A program made the translations under genes and the position numbers. This document shows positions 19,244 through 28,666 of a DNA stretch of 64,000 nt, piece by piece; the stretch's first letter is position 1; each line of letters begins with the position of its first letter. Below the pieces are notes generated by a model. It was given only the letters and a program-made list of their open reading frames with translations, was not told the DNA's origin and made no database searches. The DNA comes from an uncultured Candidatus Bathyarchaeia archaeon. Lineage in GTDB: Archaea > Thermoproteota > CALKCG01 > B24 > JAWCPE01. Location of the stretch: NCBI GenBank assembly GCA_964427455.1, contig CAYRUY010000001.1:22090-86089 (forward strand), given 5' to 3'.

Positions 19244-20700
19244 TAAGGCTTTCCGCCTCTTCTCATGAAGACGAACACAGCGGCGGCCCCGACGAAGGCT
19301 GCTGCAACCCCTACGTACAGCCACGGGATGTCCTGGCCCAACACAGGTTTCAACGCGAGGCCAGTGTATTCCATGCCGATGGACTGGGCTGCTGGGATGC
19401 AAGCTGCGAAGTCCGATATCCTGTTGAAGCTTGGCATCCTGTACCGTGTGCCGAAGTAAATCTCGGAGGGCGCGGCCCAGTTGACGACCTCTATGAGGAC
19501 GTTCTTGTCAGCCCAGACCTTGTGGAGACCGCCTTCGATTGGAAGGACACCGTCCTCGTGTAGCTTTAACTGCACATCATCCAAGGTAACAGTTGTGTCC
19601 GTGTAGGCGTACAGATAGGCTTCTCCCGCCGTGGCCTCACAGAGGGGGATGTGAAGTAGAGCTGTCTGGTCCGCCTTGAGTCCTGCAAAGCTGAGGCCGT
19701 TGTTGCCGTGCATCATGAGCATTATGGGCTTTGTGCTCTCTAGGGCTATGCTTGAAGCCTCGATCTGAACGGAGGTGTTCGACATGCTGGCCAATCCCGG
19801 TTCCCCATACTTCCTCGTGTACTCAAGGTCGTAGATCGTCAGATGAGAGTCTTCCAGACCCGTGGTCACGTAGGTCGGAGGCGAATAGCCCGGCCACCAG
19901 TCAACCGGGCATGCCGCACCATAGAAGATGCGTCCGACGAAGCTCCCGTCCGTTGAAGGGTAGAAGCACGTTCCGCCCGCCCATGCCTGAAGCATCACGT
20001 TCCCCGTGGAAACGAGCTTATACACGGCGAGCGGCGTGAACGATACCTCGCGGACCCTGTTCGCGGAGAGCCTGAACTCCAGACTCTTCGAGCCCTTCAC
20101 GTCGAACACCGTGACATCGGCATCTTCTAACGCGATCACCTTGAATGGGAGCCCCAGAGCATACGGCGGATTCTTCGCCTGCACCGCCTTGAAGAAGAAC
20201 TCCTTACCGACGTATCCTCCGCTTGAGGAGGTGAAGAAGGTGCTGCCGAAGGCTTGGCCCTGCTCCATAGCCCACCCGCCCATCAGGAGCACCGTCGCAG
20301 GCCTGTCAGAGACAACCTTGAAGAAGGAGCCGTTCGGCAGGGAGACCGTCGCCTCCTCAGATACGTCCAGCACAAAGTCTCCTACGAGCTCACCGCTCGG
20401 CAGCGAGTAGACCTTCACCCGCGTATCATCATGGTTCCCGACGACAACCACGAGGCTTCTATCCATAACGGTGCGGTTGTTAACCCTGAACTCACATGTA
20501 TCGTGGCCACACATCTTCGCCGCCTCAATGGCCCATATCTCGCGGGGCACAAAGCCATAGTAAGTGTAGCCTGCCTCTGTTGCCTTAGACTCAGCTCCAC
20601 CGGCCGACCCATGGACCGAAGAAGCGACGAGGAGGAGTGAGGCTGCGAGGACAGTTTCGAAGGCCCGGAACCTAGTCGGAGAAAGGCGAGGTCGGCTCAT
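19243..20700 (-). CDS. Secreted/surface-anchored protein of unknown function (N-terminal signal-like segment, C-terminal TM anchor + basic tail)
   Basis: Start taken at the second ATG (MSRPRLSPTRFRAFETVLAASLLLVASSV). C-terminus 'WLYVGVAAAFVGAAAVFVFMRRGGKP' is a TM helix plus basic tail. Beta-rich middle with no recognisable catalytic motif. Confidence 0.45.
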   Translation of the reverse strand: MSRPRLSPTRFRAFETVLAASLLLVASSVHGSAGGAESKATEAGYTYYGFVPREIWAIEAAKMCGHDTCEFRVNNRTVMDRSLVVVVGNHDDTRVKVYSLPSGELVGDFVLDVSEEATVSLPNGSFFKVVSDRPATVLLMGGWAMEQGQAFGSTFFTSSSGGYVGKEFFFKAVQAKNPPYALGLPFKVIALEDADVTVFDVKGSKSLEFRLSANRVREVSFTPLAVYKLVSTGNVMLQAWAGGTCFYPSTDGSFVGRIFYGAACPVDWWPGYSPPTYVTTGLEDSHLTIYDLEYTRKYGEPGLASMSNTSVQIEASSIALESTKPIMLMMHGNNGLSFAGLKADQTALLHIPLCEATAGEAYLYAYTDTTVTLDDVQLKLHEDGVLPIEGGLHKVWADKNVLIEVVNWAAPSEIYFGTRYRMPSFNRISDFAACIPAAQSIGMEYTGLALKPVLGQDIPWLYVGVAAAFVGAAAVFVFMRRGGKP

Positions 20701-20811
20701 GAGAAGAGTCTCCGATGAGGAGGTTTGTCTGCTTGGGGCTCTTAGCTTTTGCGATGAACAGTCGGATCGCATCTACGGCTACGTCTGAAGCTTAGACAGA
20801 CAACTCGTCGG

Positions 20812-21777
20812 CTAGAGCGGCAACGTGACAGGCCTACCGCGTTTAGCTGACTCTATGGCGGCGAGGCTTAGCTCCAGGGACTTGTAGCCTTCCTGTATCG
20901 GCACTGGGCTGCCTATGCCCTTTCGAAGCGCTTCGATGAACGCCTTGTCCTCTTCATCGTACGCGTTCGCCTTGTTGTAGTACGTCTCCGACCTGTCCTT
21001 CCAATAGACTGTGGCCTTTGACCAGTCGGCCTCGTACTTGACGTTCTTCGCGACCGCTTTGACCCACACCTCGGGAGCCACGGCTGCGTTCGTCGAGGAA
21101 ACGACGGCGAAGGCTCCGCTCTTGAGGCTCAAGGTTGCGATCGCCACGTCCTCGATGGCGAACTCAGGGATGTCTCTGTTCAGGAGCGTGCCAAGGACGC
21201 CGTAGACCTGTGACACGTCGCCTCCTAACCATCGAACCTGGTCGAAGATATGGGTTGCTTGCTCAACGATCTGCCCGCCGCTCTGCTCAGCTTTTATCCA
21301 CCAAGGAGCCATGTAGACCCCTCCCCACCACCGGGCTTCTATGAGACCTATCGGTCCTCCCATAGAGAGGAGGATCTCGCGCGCTCTTCTGATGCCTTCC
21401 ATGAACCGCCAGTGATAGCCTACCTGCGTAGTGACGCTTCTCCGCCTGAGGGCGTCCAGGATCTTTCTTGCACGACCTAGGTTGACCTCGAGGGGCTTCT
21501 CAACGAAGACATGGATGCCGCGTTCAACCGCGTAGCAGACTTGCTCCTGATGGAGGAAGGGCGGGGTCAACACGTAGACTGCGTCAGGGCTCTCCCTGTC
21601 GATCATCTCGCGATAGTCAACGTACCATGCCTTCGCGCCGCAACCCCTAGCTGCACTCTCAGCCCTCTCACGCAGGATGTCAGCCACGCCTACGACCTCG
21701 ACCCCCTCAGTGCTGGGAAGGACCTTCAGGTGAGTCGCCGCTATGCCCCCAGCCCCGATCACGGCTAGCTTGACCAT
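20812..21777 (-). CDS. Gfo/Idh/MocA family NAD(P)-dependent oxidoreductase
   Basis: 321 aa. Rossmann 'VIGAGGIAATHL' and 'EKPL' motifs. Confidence 0.85.
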   Translation of the reverse strand: MVKLAVIGAGGIAATHLKVLPSTEGVEVVGVADILRERAESAARGCGAKAWYVDYREMIDRESPDAVYVLTPPFLHQEQVCYAVERGIHVFVEKPLEVNLGRARKILDALRRRSVTTQVGYHWRFMEGIRRAREILLSMGGPIGLIEARWWGGVYMAPWWIKAEQSGGQIVEQATHIFDQVRWLGGDVSQVYGVLGTLLNRDIPEFAIEDVAIATLSLKSGAFAVVSSTNAAVAPEVWVKAVAKNVKYEADWSKATVYWKDRSETYYNKANAYDEEDKAFIEALRKGIGSPVPIQEGYKSLELSLAAIESAKRGRPVTLPL

Positions 21778-21839
21778 ACGTCATCAAACCGGGGATGAAC
21801 GAGGCTTCGTATTTAAGCAAGGGCCACAGCCATAGGCGA

Positions 21840-22137
21840 GCCGCAAGCCCCGCGAGGCCACATCTGCCGAAGCAGCGTTAGATAGCGAACTCCCCCTCAT
21901 GCAGGGGGTGAGAGGGTGACCCTCCCCAGTTCGCGAACTCATACGCAGCAAGGCTCTCGGGCCAAGGAGAAAGCTCTCAATCAGAGCCGGTCCGCGCTAC
22001 CTTCCAGTTGAACCAGGGCTTTCCCTGCGCTCCTCTGGTGGCATGAAACCACCCTGAAGCATGATGAAAGGCGCTATGAAAGCACCAGTCGCCTTGATGA
22101 CAGGTGAACCTACCGAGGGCTGGACATCCGGCTCCCA
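21840..22137. repeat. Copy A of a diverged ~250-300 nt intergenic element (structured-RNA-like); paralog at ~61560-61870
   Basis: Shares an identical 22-nt block 'CAATCAGAGCCGGTCCGCGCTA' (21978-21999) and a 28-nt block 'GCGCTCCTCTGGTGGCATGAAACCACCC' (22027-22054, hairpin GGTGG-CATGAAA-CCACC) with copy B. The 49-nt spacing is identical in both, the intervening sequence differs, and 'CCATAGG' and 'TGATGA/CTGA'-like motifs lie in corresponding positions. Confidence 0.5.
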
Positions 22138-22461
22138 CTAGCGCTCTAGTCCGAGAAGCTCTTCAACATACTTCTTGTGCGTCTGGACGGTTGTGAGCGG
22201 GTAGACTTCTCTCTGGCTTTGGAAGAACAAGGGGTCGCGGCCGATGATCGAGGAGAGCTCCTCGTCTGAGCTGACGCTGCATATGAGCATATGTCCCTGC
22301 TGCCCGATCAAGTGGTAGTACGCCTCAACCCTTCCCTGGGCTTGAAGCTCCTCATAATACCGAATCTGAGCCGGCAACAACACCGCTAAGTCCTTGACAG
22401 ATGTCTGAACTCGCACCCTCTGAATGACAAGAAACCTCATCTCTTTCTTACCACCAACCAA
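22138..22461 (-). CDS. Muconolactone delta-isomerase-like protein
   Basis: 107 aa. 'EELQAQGRVEAYYHLIGQQGHMLICSVSSDEELSSIIGRDPLFF' parallels the muconolactone isomerase core (LQAEGKW.HLWR..G.YANFSVFDVESHDELH..L..LPLFP). The real start may be the internal ATG at 22440. Confidence 0.45.
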   Translation of the reverse strand: MVGGKKEMRFLVIQRVRVQTSVKDLAVLLPAQIRYYEELQAQGRVEAYYHLIGQQGHMLICSVSSDEELSSIIGRDPLFFQSQREVYPLTTVQTHKKYVEELLGLER

Positions 22462-22565
22462 GCATTCGACTAGCCTTATCTAGATTGCCGATGTTCCGCG
22501 CGGAGCCCGACGCCTGCCCAGCTCGTGGCGGAGTGTGAGAAGAGGTGCAGACCGCAAGAGTTATA

Positions 22566-22572
22566 TAGATTT
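22566..22572 (+). promoter_or_regulatory. TATA-like box (TTATATA) ~30 nt upstream of the ABC substrate-binding protein gene
   Basis: 'agagTTATATAgatttc' lies immediately upstream of the start at 22599. Confidence 0.4.
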
Positions 22573-22598
22573 CTAACGGAGTACGAAGGTCAAAGCTA

Positions 22599-24521
22599 GT
22601 GATGAGTATGGGCGGCTCAAAGAGGTCTCTTGGTTTCTTTGCTTCTAGGCGTGCTATAACTCGCGCCCAGGCTGTGGGTATGGTTGCTGTGGTAGTTATT
22701 GCCGTTATTATTGGTGGGACGGCCTACTACCTGAGTATACCTCCACCAACCCCTACCAAGCCTCAGCCAACCATACCTAAGCTCCTAGTAATAGACCACA
22801 ACATGTATCCAATCACCTCTTTGAATCAGCTTCTAGACATACAGATGCTCCCCTGGCCTAACTATATGGCCTTCACCCACTTCCAGACATTGGTGAGTGT
22901 TAACCTGACGTCCTATTTCAAGGAGGGCAGGATAGAGTTCCTGCCATGCCTGGCCACTAGCTGGGAGATATCTGAGGATGGGAAGACCTACATCTTCCAC
23001 CTAAGGGAGGGCGTCAAATTCGATAATGGAGACCCATTCAACTCATACAACGTATGGGTCCAGTTCTACGGCTTCTACTGGCTGGCCAGTAACGGGAGCA
23101 ACTTCATGTACGGCCTAAGCCTATTCGACGTGAGAAATGTTGAGTATGGGCCTGCCACCGTAGAGATACTGAATAGGAGTGGACTGGCAAACCCGACAAC
23201 CGAGGCGCTAGCAATAATGGAGGATAAATCGTGGCCAATATACTGTGAGGGACCATACAAGATAGTATTCAGGCTTGCGGTTCCCTTCGCGAAGGAGTTC
23301 TTCTTCGGAATGCTGACCGGCCATCAAGGCCTGCTGTATGATGCGCAGTACCTCCTGGACCATGGAGGCTACGGTGAACCGGCAAACCTAAACCCATACT
23401 TCAATGAGCACGTGTTCCCAGGCACCGGACCATACAAGGTTGACGAAGTAGCTGTTAACTCATACGTGAAATTCTCGAAGAACCCGAACTACTGGGGGAA
23501 CCAGCTCAGCAAGGCGGAGATAAAGGCCAACGCTATGCTGGACCCAGGCCACGTAGACCAAGTGGTAGTGAATACGAAACTGGATGACTTCACGAGATAC
23601 ACAGACCTCGCAACCGGCCAGGCACATATGGCAGCTATATTGTCGGAGAACTGGAGGCTCGTCAAAGCAAACCTAAACTTTTCCTACGCCGCTTTTGAGA
23701 CGCCGGCCAGAAACATAGCAGTTGTCATGAATACCGTGATCTTTCCTACGAACATCACCAAGGTTAGGCTCGCAATAGCCCACGCGATAGATTATGACAG
23801 GATAATAGAGCAAGTCTACTTCGGTCAAGCCGTCCGCTACTTCGGTCCTAATACTCCGAACTACGGTACATTCTACAACCCAGGAAAGCTGCCACCCTAC
23901 CAGCGCGACCTAGACAAAGCAAGACGGTACCTAGAAGAAGCTGGGTTCCCCAACGGAAAAGGACTACCGTCGCTGGAGCTGAAAATAGGGTCAGGAGATA
24001 CTATCGGTATGCTTTTTGCTACTATAGTTCAGGAAAACCTCGGTGAGATAGGGATCGACGTAAAGATATTAAGCCTCCTGCCAGCTCTGATCAACGCTCC
24101 AGTAGGAAGCTATCAATTCAACTTAGAGCACGCTGAAGAGATCGGCCATTTGCGGTTGAACGGAGGGTATGCGCCCGATTTCCTGTCTCCGAGCAACTTC
24201 TGGTTGGCCTTCGTGTCCAACAGGTCACTATGGGGGAACACGGGGATATATTCCAGTCCGAAGGTCGAATGGGCCGTGGATAAGTTCAGCCAGACAGCGA
24301 ACACGGCAGAGATTATTGAAGCGCTAAAGATAGCTGAGGAGCAAATATGGAATGATGCGCCCATCGCATGGGTCTGTACTACTAAGCTCTGGATGACTGC
24401 CGGCTCCTACGTCTGGGACAATAGGATAGTGAAGTCCGTAGAGTTCGACCCCAACTGGACTGGAGTGACCGACTCGCCTCTGTTCAACACCGTTATCTTC
24501 GTCGGCGAAGAGAGCCCGTAA
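22599..24521 (+). CDS. ABC transporter substrate-binding protein, family 5 (peptide/nickel/oligosaccharide type), membrane-anchored
   Basis: 640 aa with N-terminal TM/signal segment and family-5 SBP motifs (GPYKVDEVAVNSYVKFSKNPNYWG). AT-richer than the flanking DNA. Confidence 0.85.
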   Translation: MMSMGGSKRSLGFFASRRAITRAQAVGMVAVVVIAVIIGGTAYYLSIPPPTPTKPQPTIPKLLVIDHNMYPITSLNQLLDIQMLPWPNYMAFTHFQTLVSVNLTSYFKEGRIEFLPCLATSWEISEDGKTYIFHLREGVKFDNGDPFNSYNVWVQFYGFYWLASNGSNFMYGLSLFDVRNVEYGPATVEILNRSGLANPTTEALAIMEDKSWPIYCEGPYKIVFRLAVPFAKEFFFGMLTGHQGLLYDAQYLLDHGGYGEPANLNPYFNEHVFPGTGPYKVDEVAVNSYVKFSKNPNYWGNQLSKAEIKANAMLDPGHVDQVVVNTKLDDFTRYTDLATGQAHMAAILSENWRLVKANLNFSYAAFETPARNIAVVMNTVIFPTNITKVRLAIAHAIDYDRIIEQVYFGQAVRYFGPNTPNYGTFYNPGKLPPYQRDLDKARRYLEEAGFPNGKGLPSLELKIGSGDTIGMLFATIVQENLGEIGIDVKILSLLPALINAPVGSYQFNLEHAEEIGHLRLNGGYAPDFLSPSNFWLAFVSNRSLWGNTGIYSSPKVEWAVDKFSQTANTAEIIEALKIAEEQIWNDAPIAWVCTTKLWMTAGSYVWDNRIVKSVEFDPNWTGVTDSPLFNTVIFVGEESP

Positions 24522-24530
24522 AGGTGAAGG

Positions 24531-25547
24531 ATGAGCAGGTTATCCTATGTCGTCAGAAGAATGCTTCTGGCGATGTTTGTTCTTTTCGGCGTCGCCCTGA
24601 TAACTTTTACGCTGACCCATGCCATATCTGCCAATCCCGTAGTTGCCTTCCTAGGTAAAGCTGCGAGTATACATCCCGAAATTGCCCAAGCCTATATTGA
24701 ACGTTTTCACTTAAATGAACCCCTCTACATCCAATTCTGGTACTATATCGTAGGCGTTCTGCGGGGAGACTTGGGTTACTCGTGGACCAGAGGGGCGTAT
24801 GTCTCGAATGTAATTGCTCAGACTTTACCAAACACTCTACAGATAGTGTTTTTCGCGCTACTCATGACGCTAGCTCTAGGCATACCCCTGGGAATACTGT
24901 CCTGTCGGTATTACAATAGATCTCCAGATCACGGCATCCGTGCTTTCTACCTGGCTGGAATATGCTCGCCGGCGTTTTTTGTCGCCTTGGTTCTTCTCTT
25001 GCTCTTCTCCTACTTTTTACGCGTATTGCCTACGGGTGGTATAATCTCTGTTGAGGTAGCTAGGCCTCAACGTGTCACGGGTTTCATAATTCTCGATAGC
25101 CTTCTCGAGGGTAATTGGGCGGCGCTTGTAGATACGGTAAAGCACGTTCTGATGCCGAGCATGGCGCTGGCGTTAGGGAACTTTGGCTATCTGGTTAGAT
25201 TGCTCAGGTCATCGCTGCTCGAAGTCATGCAAACGAACTACGTCAGAACGGCTAGGGCTAAAGGCTTGAGTGAGCGAACCGTTTTCCTGAAACACGCTTT
25301 GAGGAATGCTCTGGTGCCGGTTGTGACGTTAGCCGCCCTGATGACAATGTGGCTAGTCGGGAGCGCGATCTTCGTCGAGAACATATTTGCGTATCCCGGC
25401 GTGGGGCACTATCTTGCCCAAGCATTGGGAAATCTTGACTACGCTGCTATATTAGGCATAACCCTAGTCTTCACAACCATGATTGTTCTCGTGAACCTTG
25501 TGGCGGATATACTCTACACCGTACTAAATCCGGCCATAGAGCTGTGA
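24531..25547 (+). CDS. ABC transporter permease (DppB/OppB-like)
   Basis: 338 aa with multiple TM segments and the EAA-like permease region. Confidence 0.85.
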   Translation: MSRLSYVVRRMLLAMFVLFGVALITFTLTHAISANPVVAFLGKAASIHPEIAQAYIERFHLNEPLYIQFWYYIVGVLRGDLGYSWTRGAYVSNVIAQTLPNTLQIVFFALLMTLALGIPLGILSCRYYNRSPDHGIRAFYLAGICSPAFFVALVLLLLFSYFLRVLPTGGIISVEVARPQRVTGFIILDSLLEGNWAALVDTVKHVLMPSMALALGNFGYLVRLLRSSLLEVMQTNYVRTARAKGLSERTVFLKHALRNALVPVVTLAALMTMWLVGSAIFVENIFAYPGVGHYLAQALGNLDYAAILGITLVFTTMIVLVNLVADILYTVLNPAIEL

Positions 25548-26404
25548 TCAGAATGCGGAGGACAAAGATAAGTCGCTTCTTGAAACTATATACTTCAAAC
25601 GTATCGGCGTGTGTAGGTTTCTCCATAGCGGCTGGGTTCGTCATACTTGCGTTAGTGGTCGCGCTGGGCGGATATTGGGTATTGCCATATAATCCTCTAA
25701 AGCAAAATGTGGGACCTGCCTTCTCGCCCCCGAGTTGGGAGCACCCTTTTGGAACAGACCAGGTTGGCAGAGACCTATTCAGTCGCGTGCTATACGCAAC
25801 TCCGAATGCACTTTTCGTTAGTGCGGTAATAATAGGTTGGGCCATGATCATAGGAATGTTGTTGGGGTCTTTTTCAGCTTATCATGGTGGACGGGTAGAT
25901 GAGATATTGATGAGGGTGACAGATCTGTTCTTGGCCCTTCCCGGGCTCATCCTTGCTATAGCCATATCTGTGGCTTTGGGGCCGGGACTGAATAATATGA
26001 TGTACGCCTTGATGGTTGGGTGGTGGCCGGCTTATGCTAGGATGGCCAGAGGGGAAGCGTTGAGGATTTCGCGATACGACTTTATTGAGGCGGCCAGAGC
26101 GGCTGGACTTGGGAGTGGAAAGATAGTTCTTAACCATGTAATTCCAAATCTGGTGACGACAATCATGATCTACGCCACAGTCGACTTTGGGCAGGTCATA
26201 ATGGTATATGCGGGGCTCAGTTATCTAGGATTATCCGTGCAACCTCCAATGCCGGACTGGGGCGCTATGGTTAACTACTATCAGGGCTACGTTGTCTCCG
26301 CACCATGGTTACCGCTGTTTCCTGGACTTGTCATAGCCATCGTCGTTGTAGGATTCGGATTGTTAGGAGATGGGATCAGAGATGCCATTGAATCTCAAAC
26401 ATAA
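25544..26404 (+). CDS. ABC transporter permease (DppC/OppC-like)
   Basis: 286 aa TM protein, 4-nt overlap with the upstream permease. Confidence 0.85.
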   Translation: MIRMRRTKISRFLKLYTSNVSACVGFSIAAGFVILALVVALGGYWVLPYNPLKQNVGPAFSPPSWEHPFGTDQVGRDLFSRVLYATPNALFVSAVIIGWAMIIGMLLGSFSAYHGGRVDEILMRVTDLFLALPGLILAIAISVALGPGLNNMMYALMVGWWPAYARMARGEALRISRYDFIEAARAAGLGSGKIVLNHVIPNLVTTIMIYATVDFGQVIMVYAGLSYLGLSVQPPMPDWGAMVNYYQGYVVSAPWLPLFPGLVIAIVVVGFGLLGDGIRDAIESQT

Positions 26405-27494
26405 CGGGGCGACTGACGAAGGAGCTAAACCAAACAAAGATATTATAGTGGACGTTCAAGATCTGTCAGTCGTATATAAATCCAGGATGGGAGTAGTTAG
26501 AGCGCTCGACGCCGTGAGTCTATCTATAGAGAACAACAAGTTAGTTGCGGTAGTAGGGGAGAGTGGTTGTGGGAAGAGTACACTGGCTCTCTCAATTATA
26601 AGACTTCTTCCAATGCCGCCAGCAGAGTTTACTGGTGGAAAGATCATGTATAGGGGCGTCGACCTCTTGGACCTTGACGAAGACAACATGTTGAGCTATC
26701 GAGGCACGGAGATAGCGATGATCTTCCAAGAGCCGCTGAGTTCCCTAAACCCCGTCTATAGGATGGGCGATCAGGTAGCTGAGGCGATAGCCGTCAGGGA
26801 ATCTAGGGTGCAACCCTCCCTAAAGAAGGCTTACTTCTACGATAAGCCATCGATCAGCCCCCCTCCTCGGAGTAAGTTCACGTTAAACATCAAGAGGAGA
26901 AGTCTATTTTCCGAGTATGAAGATCGGGTCATAGAAGCGTTGAAGTTGGTCAGGATACCAGACCCCGAGCATGTGGTGCGTAGATACGCCTTCGAGTTGA
27001 GCGGAGGCATGAGGCAGAGAGTTATGATCGCTATGGCCCTATCCGAGAAGCCCTCCTTGCTCATAGCTGATGAGCCTACTTCAGCCATAGACGTGACGAC
27101 TCAAGCCCAGGTTCTGAAACTGATGAAGAATCTCATGGACGAGGTTAAGACTTCCATACTGCTAATAACCCATGATCTGGCTGTAGCGTCGCAGGTCGCA
27201 GATCAGATAGCGGTTATGTACGCTGGGGACGTAGTGGAATTCGCCGACGTCTACGAATTGTTCTCACATCCTCTACACCCATACACAAAAGGTCTAGTAG
27301 CATGTATACCTTCTGGATTCAAGGATGAAAGAACGTTGACTTCAATCCCCGGCGTGGTGCCAGATCTCAGAACTGTCTATAGCGGCTGCAAGTTTGCTCC
27401 TCGATGTTCGAGCGCCACGTCGATATGCCGTCAGAAAAAGCCTGGCCTCAGATACGTTTCTCCAACACACGTTCTGGCATGTGATCTAGCGTGA
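26370..27494 (+). CDS. ABC transporter ATP-binding protein (DppD/OppD-like) with C-terminal oligopeptide-type extension
   Basis: Walker A 'GESGCGKST', signature 'LSGGMRQRV', Walker B 'LLIADEPTSAID'. Confidence 0.85.
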   Translation: MGSEMPLNLKHNGATDEGAKPNKDIIVDVQDLSVVYKSRMGVVRALDAVSLSIENNKLVAVVGESGCGKSTLALSIIRLLPMPPAEFTGGKIMYRGVDLLDLDEDNMLSYRGTEIAMIFQEPLSSLNPVYRMGDQVAEAIAVRESRVQPSLKKAYFYDKPSISPPPRSKFTLNIKRRSLFSEYEDRVIEALKLVRIPDPEHVVRRYAFELSGGMRQRVMIAMALSEKPSLLIADEPTSAIDVTTQAQVLKLMKNLMDEVKTSILLITHDLAVASQVADQIAVMYAGDVVEFADVYELFSHPLHPYTKGLVACIPSGFKDERTLTSIPGVVPDLRTVYSGCKFAPRCSSATSICRQKKPGLRYVSPTHVLACDLA

Positions 27495-28489
27495 CTGATA
27501 CGAAGTTGATCGAAGCAATCCACCTGTGCAAATACTTCCCAGTTAGGGGAGGTCTTGAGATTCCATTTGTATCGAAGCGAAGAAAATACATTCGAGCTGT
27601 GGATGATGTTTCTATCGACGTTCTTGAAGGTGAGACTTTGGCTGTGGTGGGTGAGAGTGGGTGTGGAAAGACAACGCTTGCGAGAAATATGATGCTGCTA
27701 GTTAGACCGACGTCGGGGATCATAAGATTTGAGGGGCGAGACATCACCGGTTTGAGAGGGGAAGAACTTAGAAGACTGAGGAGGAACATGCAGATAGTAT
27801 TCCAGGATCCCGAGTCCTCTCTAGACCCAAGGTATAGGGTCAGCGGGTTGGTTTCAGAGCCGCTTGTGGCGCTTACCGATCTAAGTAAACCTGAGATTGA
27901 AGAGAGGGTCGGCCATGTGTTGGAGGCCGTGGGTTTGGGGAAGGAATTCATGGATAGGCTTCCGAAGCAGTTGAGTGGAGGGCAGAAGCAGAGAGTCAGT
28001 ATAGCACGAGCTATGGCTCTCAATCCGAAACTCTTGGTATTAGATGAGCCGACGAGTGCTCTTGACGCCTCTATACAAGCCCAACTCCTAAATCTCCTGT
28101 TGGAGCTCCAAGCAGAGTTCAACCTGAGCTACATGCTCATAACTCATAACATCGCTGTCGCTCAGTACCTAGGGGACAGGGTGGCTGTGATGTACTGTGG
28201 TAAGATAGTTGAGTATGGGGGGATAAGGGAGGTCATAAAAGAGCCTCTACACCCCTACACGCAAGCGCTAGTAGCTTCAGCGCCCTTGCCGAATCCATGG
28301 GAACGCAATATCTTAAAGGTTGAGATAAAAGGGGAGGTCCCGAGCGCCATAAATCCGCCATCGGGCTGCCGATTCCATCCTAGATGCCCCCACGCTGAAG
28401 AGATATGCGCTAAGAAGCATCCGGAGTTAGAGGAGACTAAGAAAGGCCATTACGTAGCTTGCTATCGGCCGCTGAGACATGAAACGTAA
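27491..28489 (+). CDS. ABC transporter ATP-binding protein (DppF/OppF-like)
   Basis: Walker A 'GESGCGKTT', signature 'LSGGQKQRV', Walker B 'LLVLDEPTSALD'. Confidence 0.85.
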   Translation: MTDTKLIEAIHLCKYFPVRGGLEIPFVSKRRKYIRAVDDVSIDVLEGETLAVVGESGCGKTTLARNMMLLVRPTSGIIRFEGRDITGLRGEELRRLRRNMQIVFQDPESSLDPRYRVSGLVSEPLVALTDLSKPEIEERVGHVLEAVGLGKEFMDRLPKQLSGGQKQRVSIARAMALNPKLLVLDEPTSALDASIQAQLLNLLLELQAEFNLSYMLITHNIAVAQYLGDRVAVMYCGKIVEYGGIREVIKEPLHPYTQALVASAPLPNPWERNILKVEIKGEVPSAINPPSGCRFHPRCPHAEEICAKKHPELEETKKGHYVACYRPLRHET

Positions 28490-28666
28490 AGCCACAGAGG
28501 CCTGATAATAACCAGAGGCAAAACCAGCATGCAGACAACGGCACGGGTGAATCATTGACAATGCCTCAGCGTGCACGCTCCGAAGGACAAGACGTGGCGG
28601 ATCACGGAGACAGCACCTACGAACTTGGCTGCTGGACCACGCGGGTTCCGATGGCGACCATGGACT

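Noticed and set aside
21960-22130. Possible C/D-box sRNA motifs (ATGATGA, TTGATGA, CTGG/CTGA) inside the repeated elements
   Set aside because: Box spacing and the D box (CTGG in copy A) are non-canonical. I treat the loci as an unclassified structured element rather than calling C/D sRNAs.
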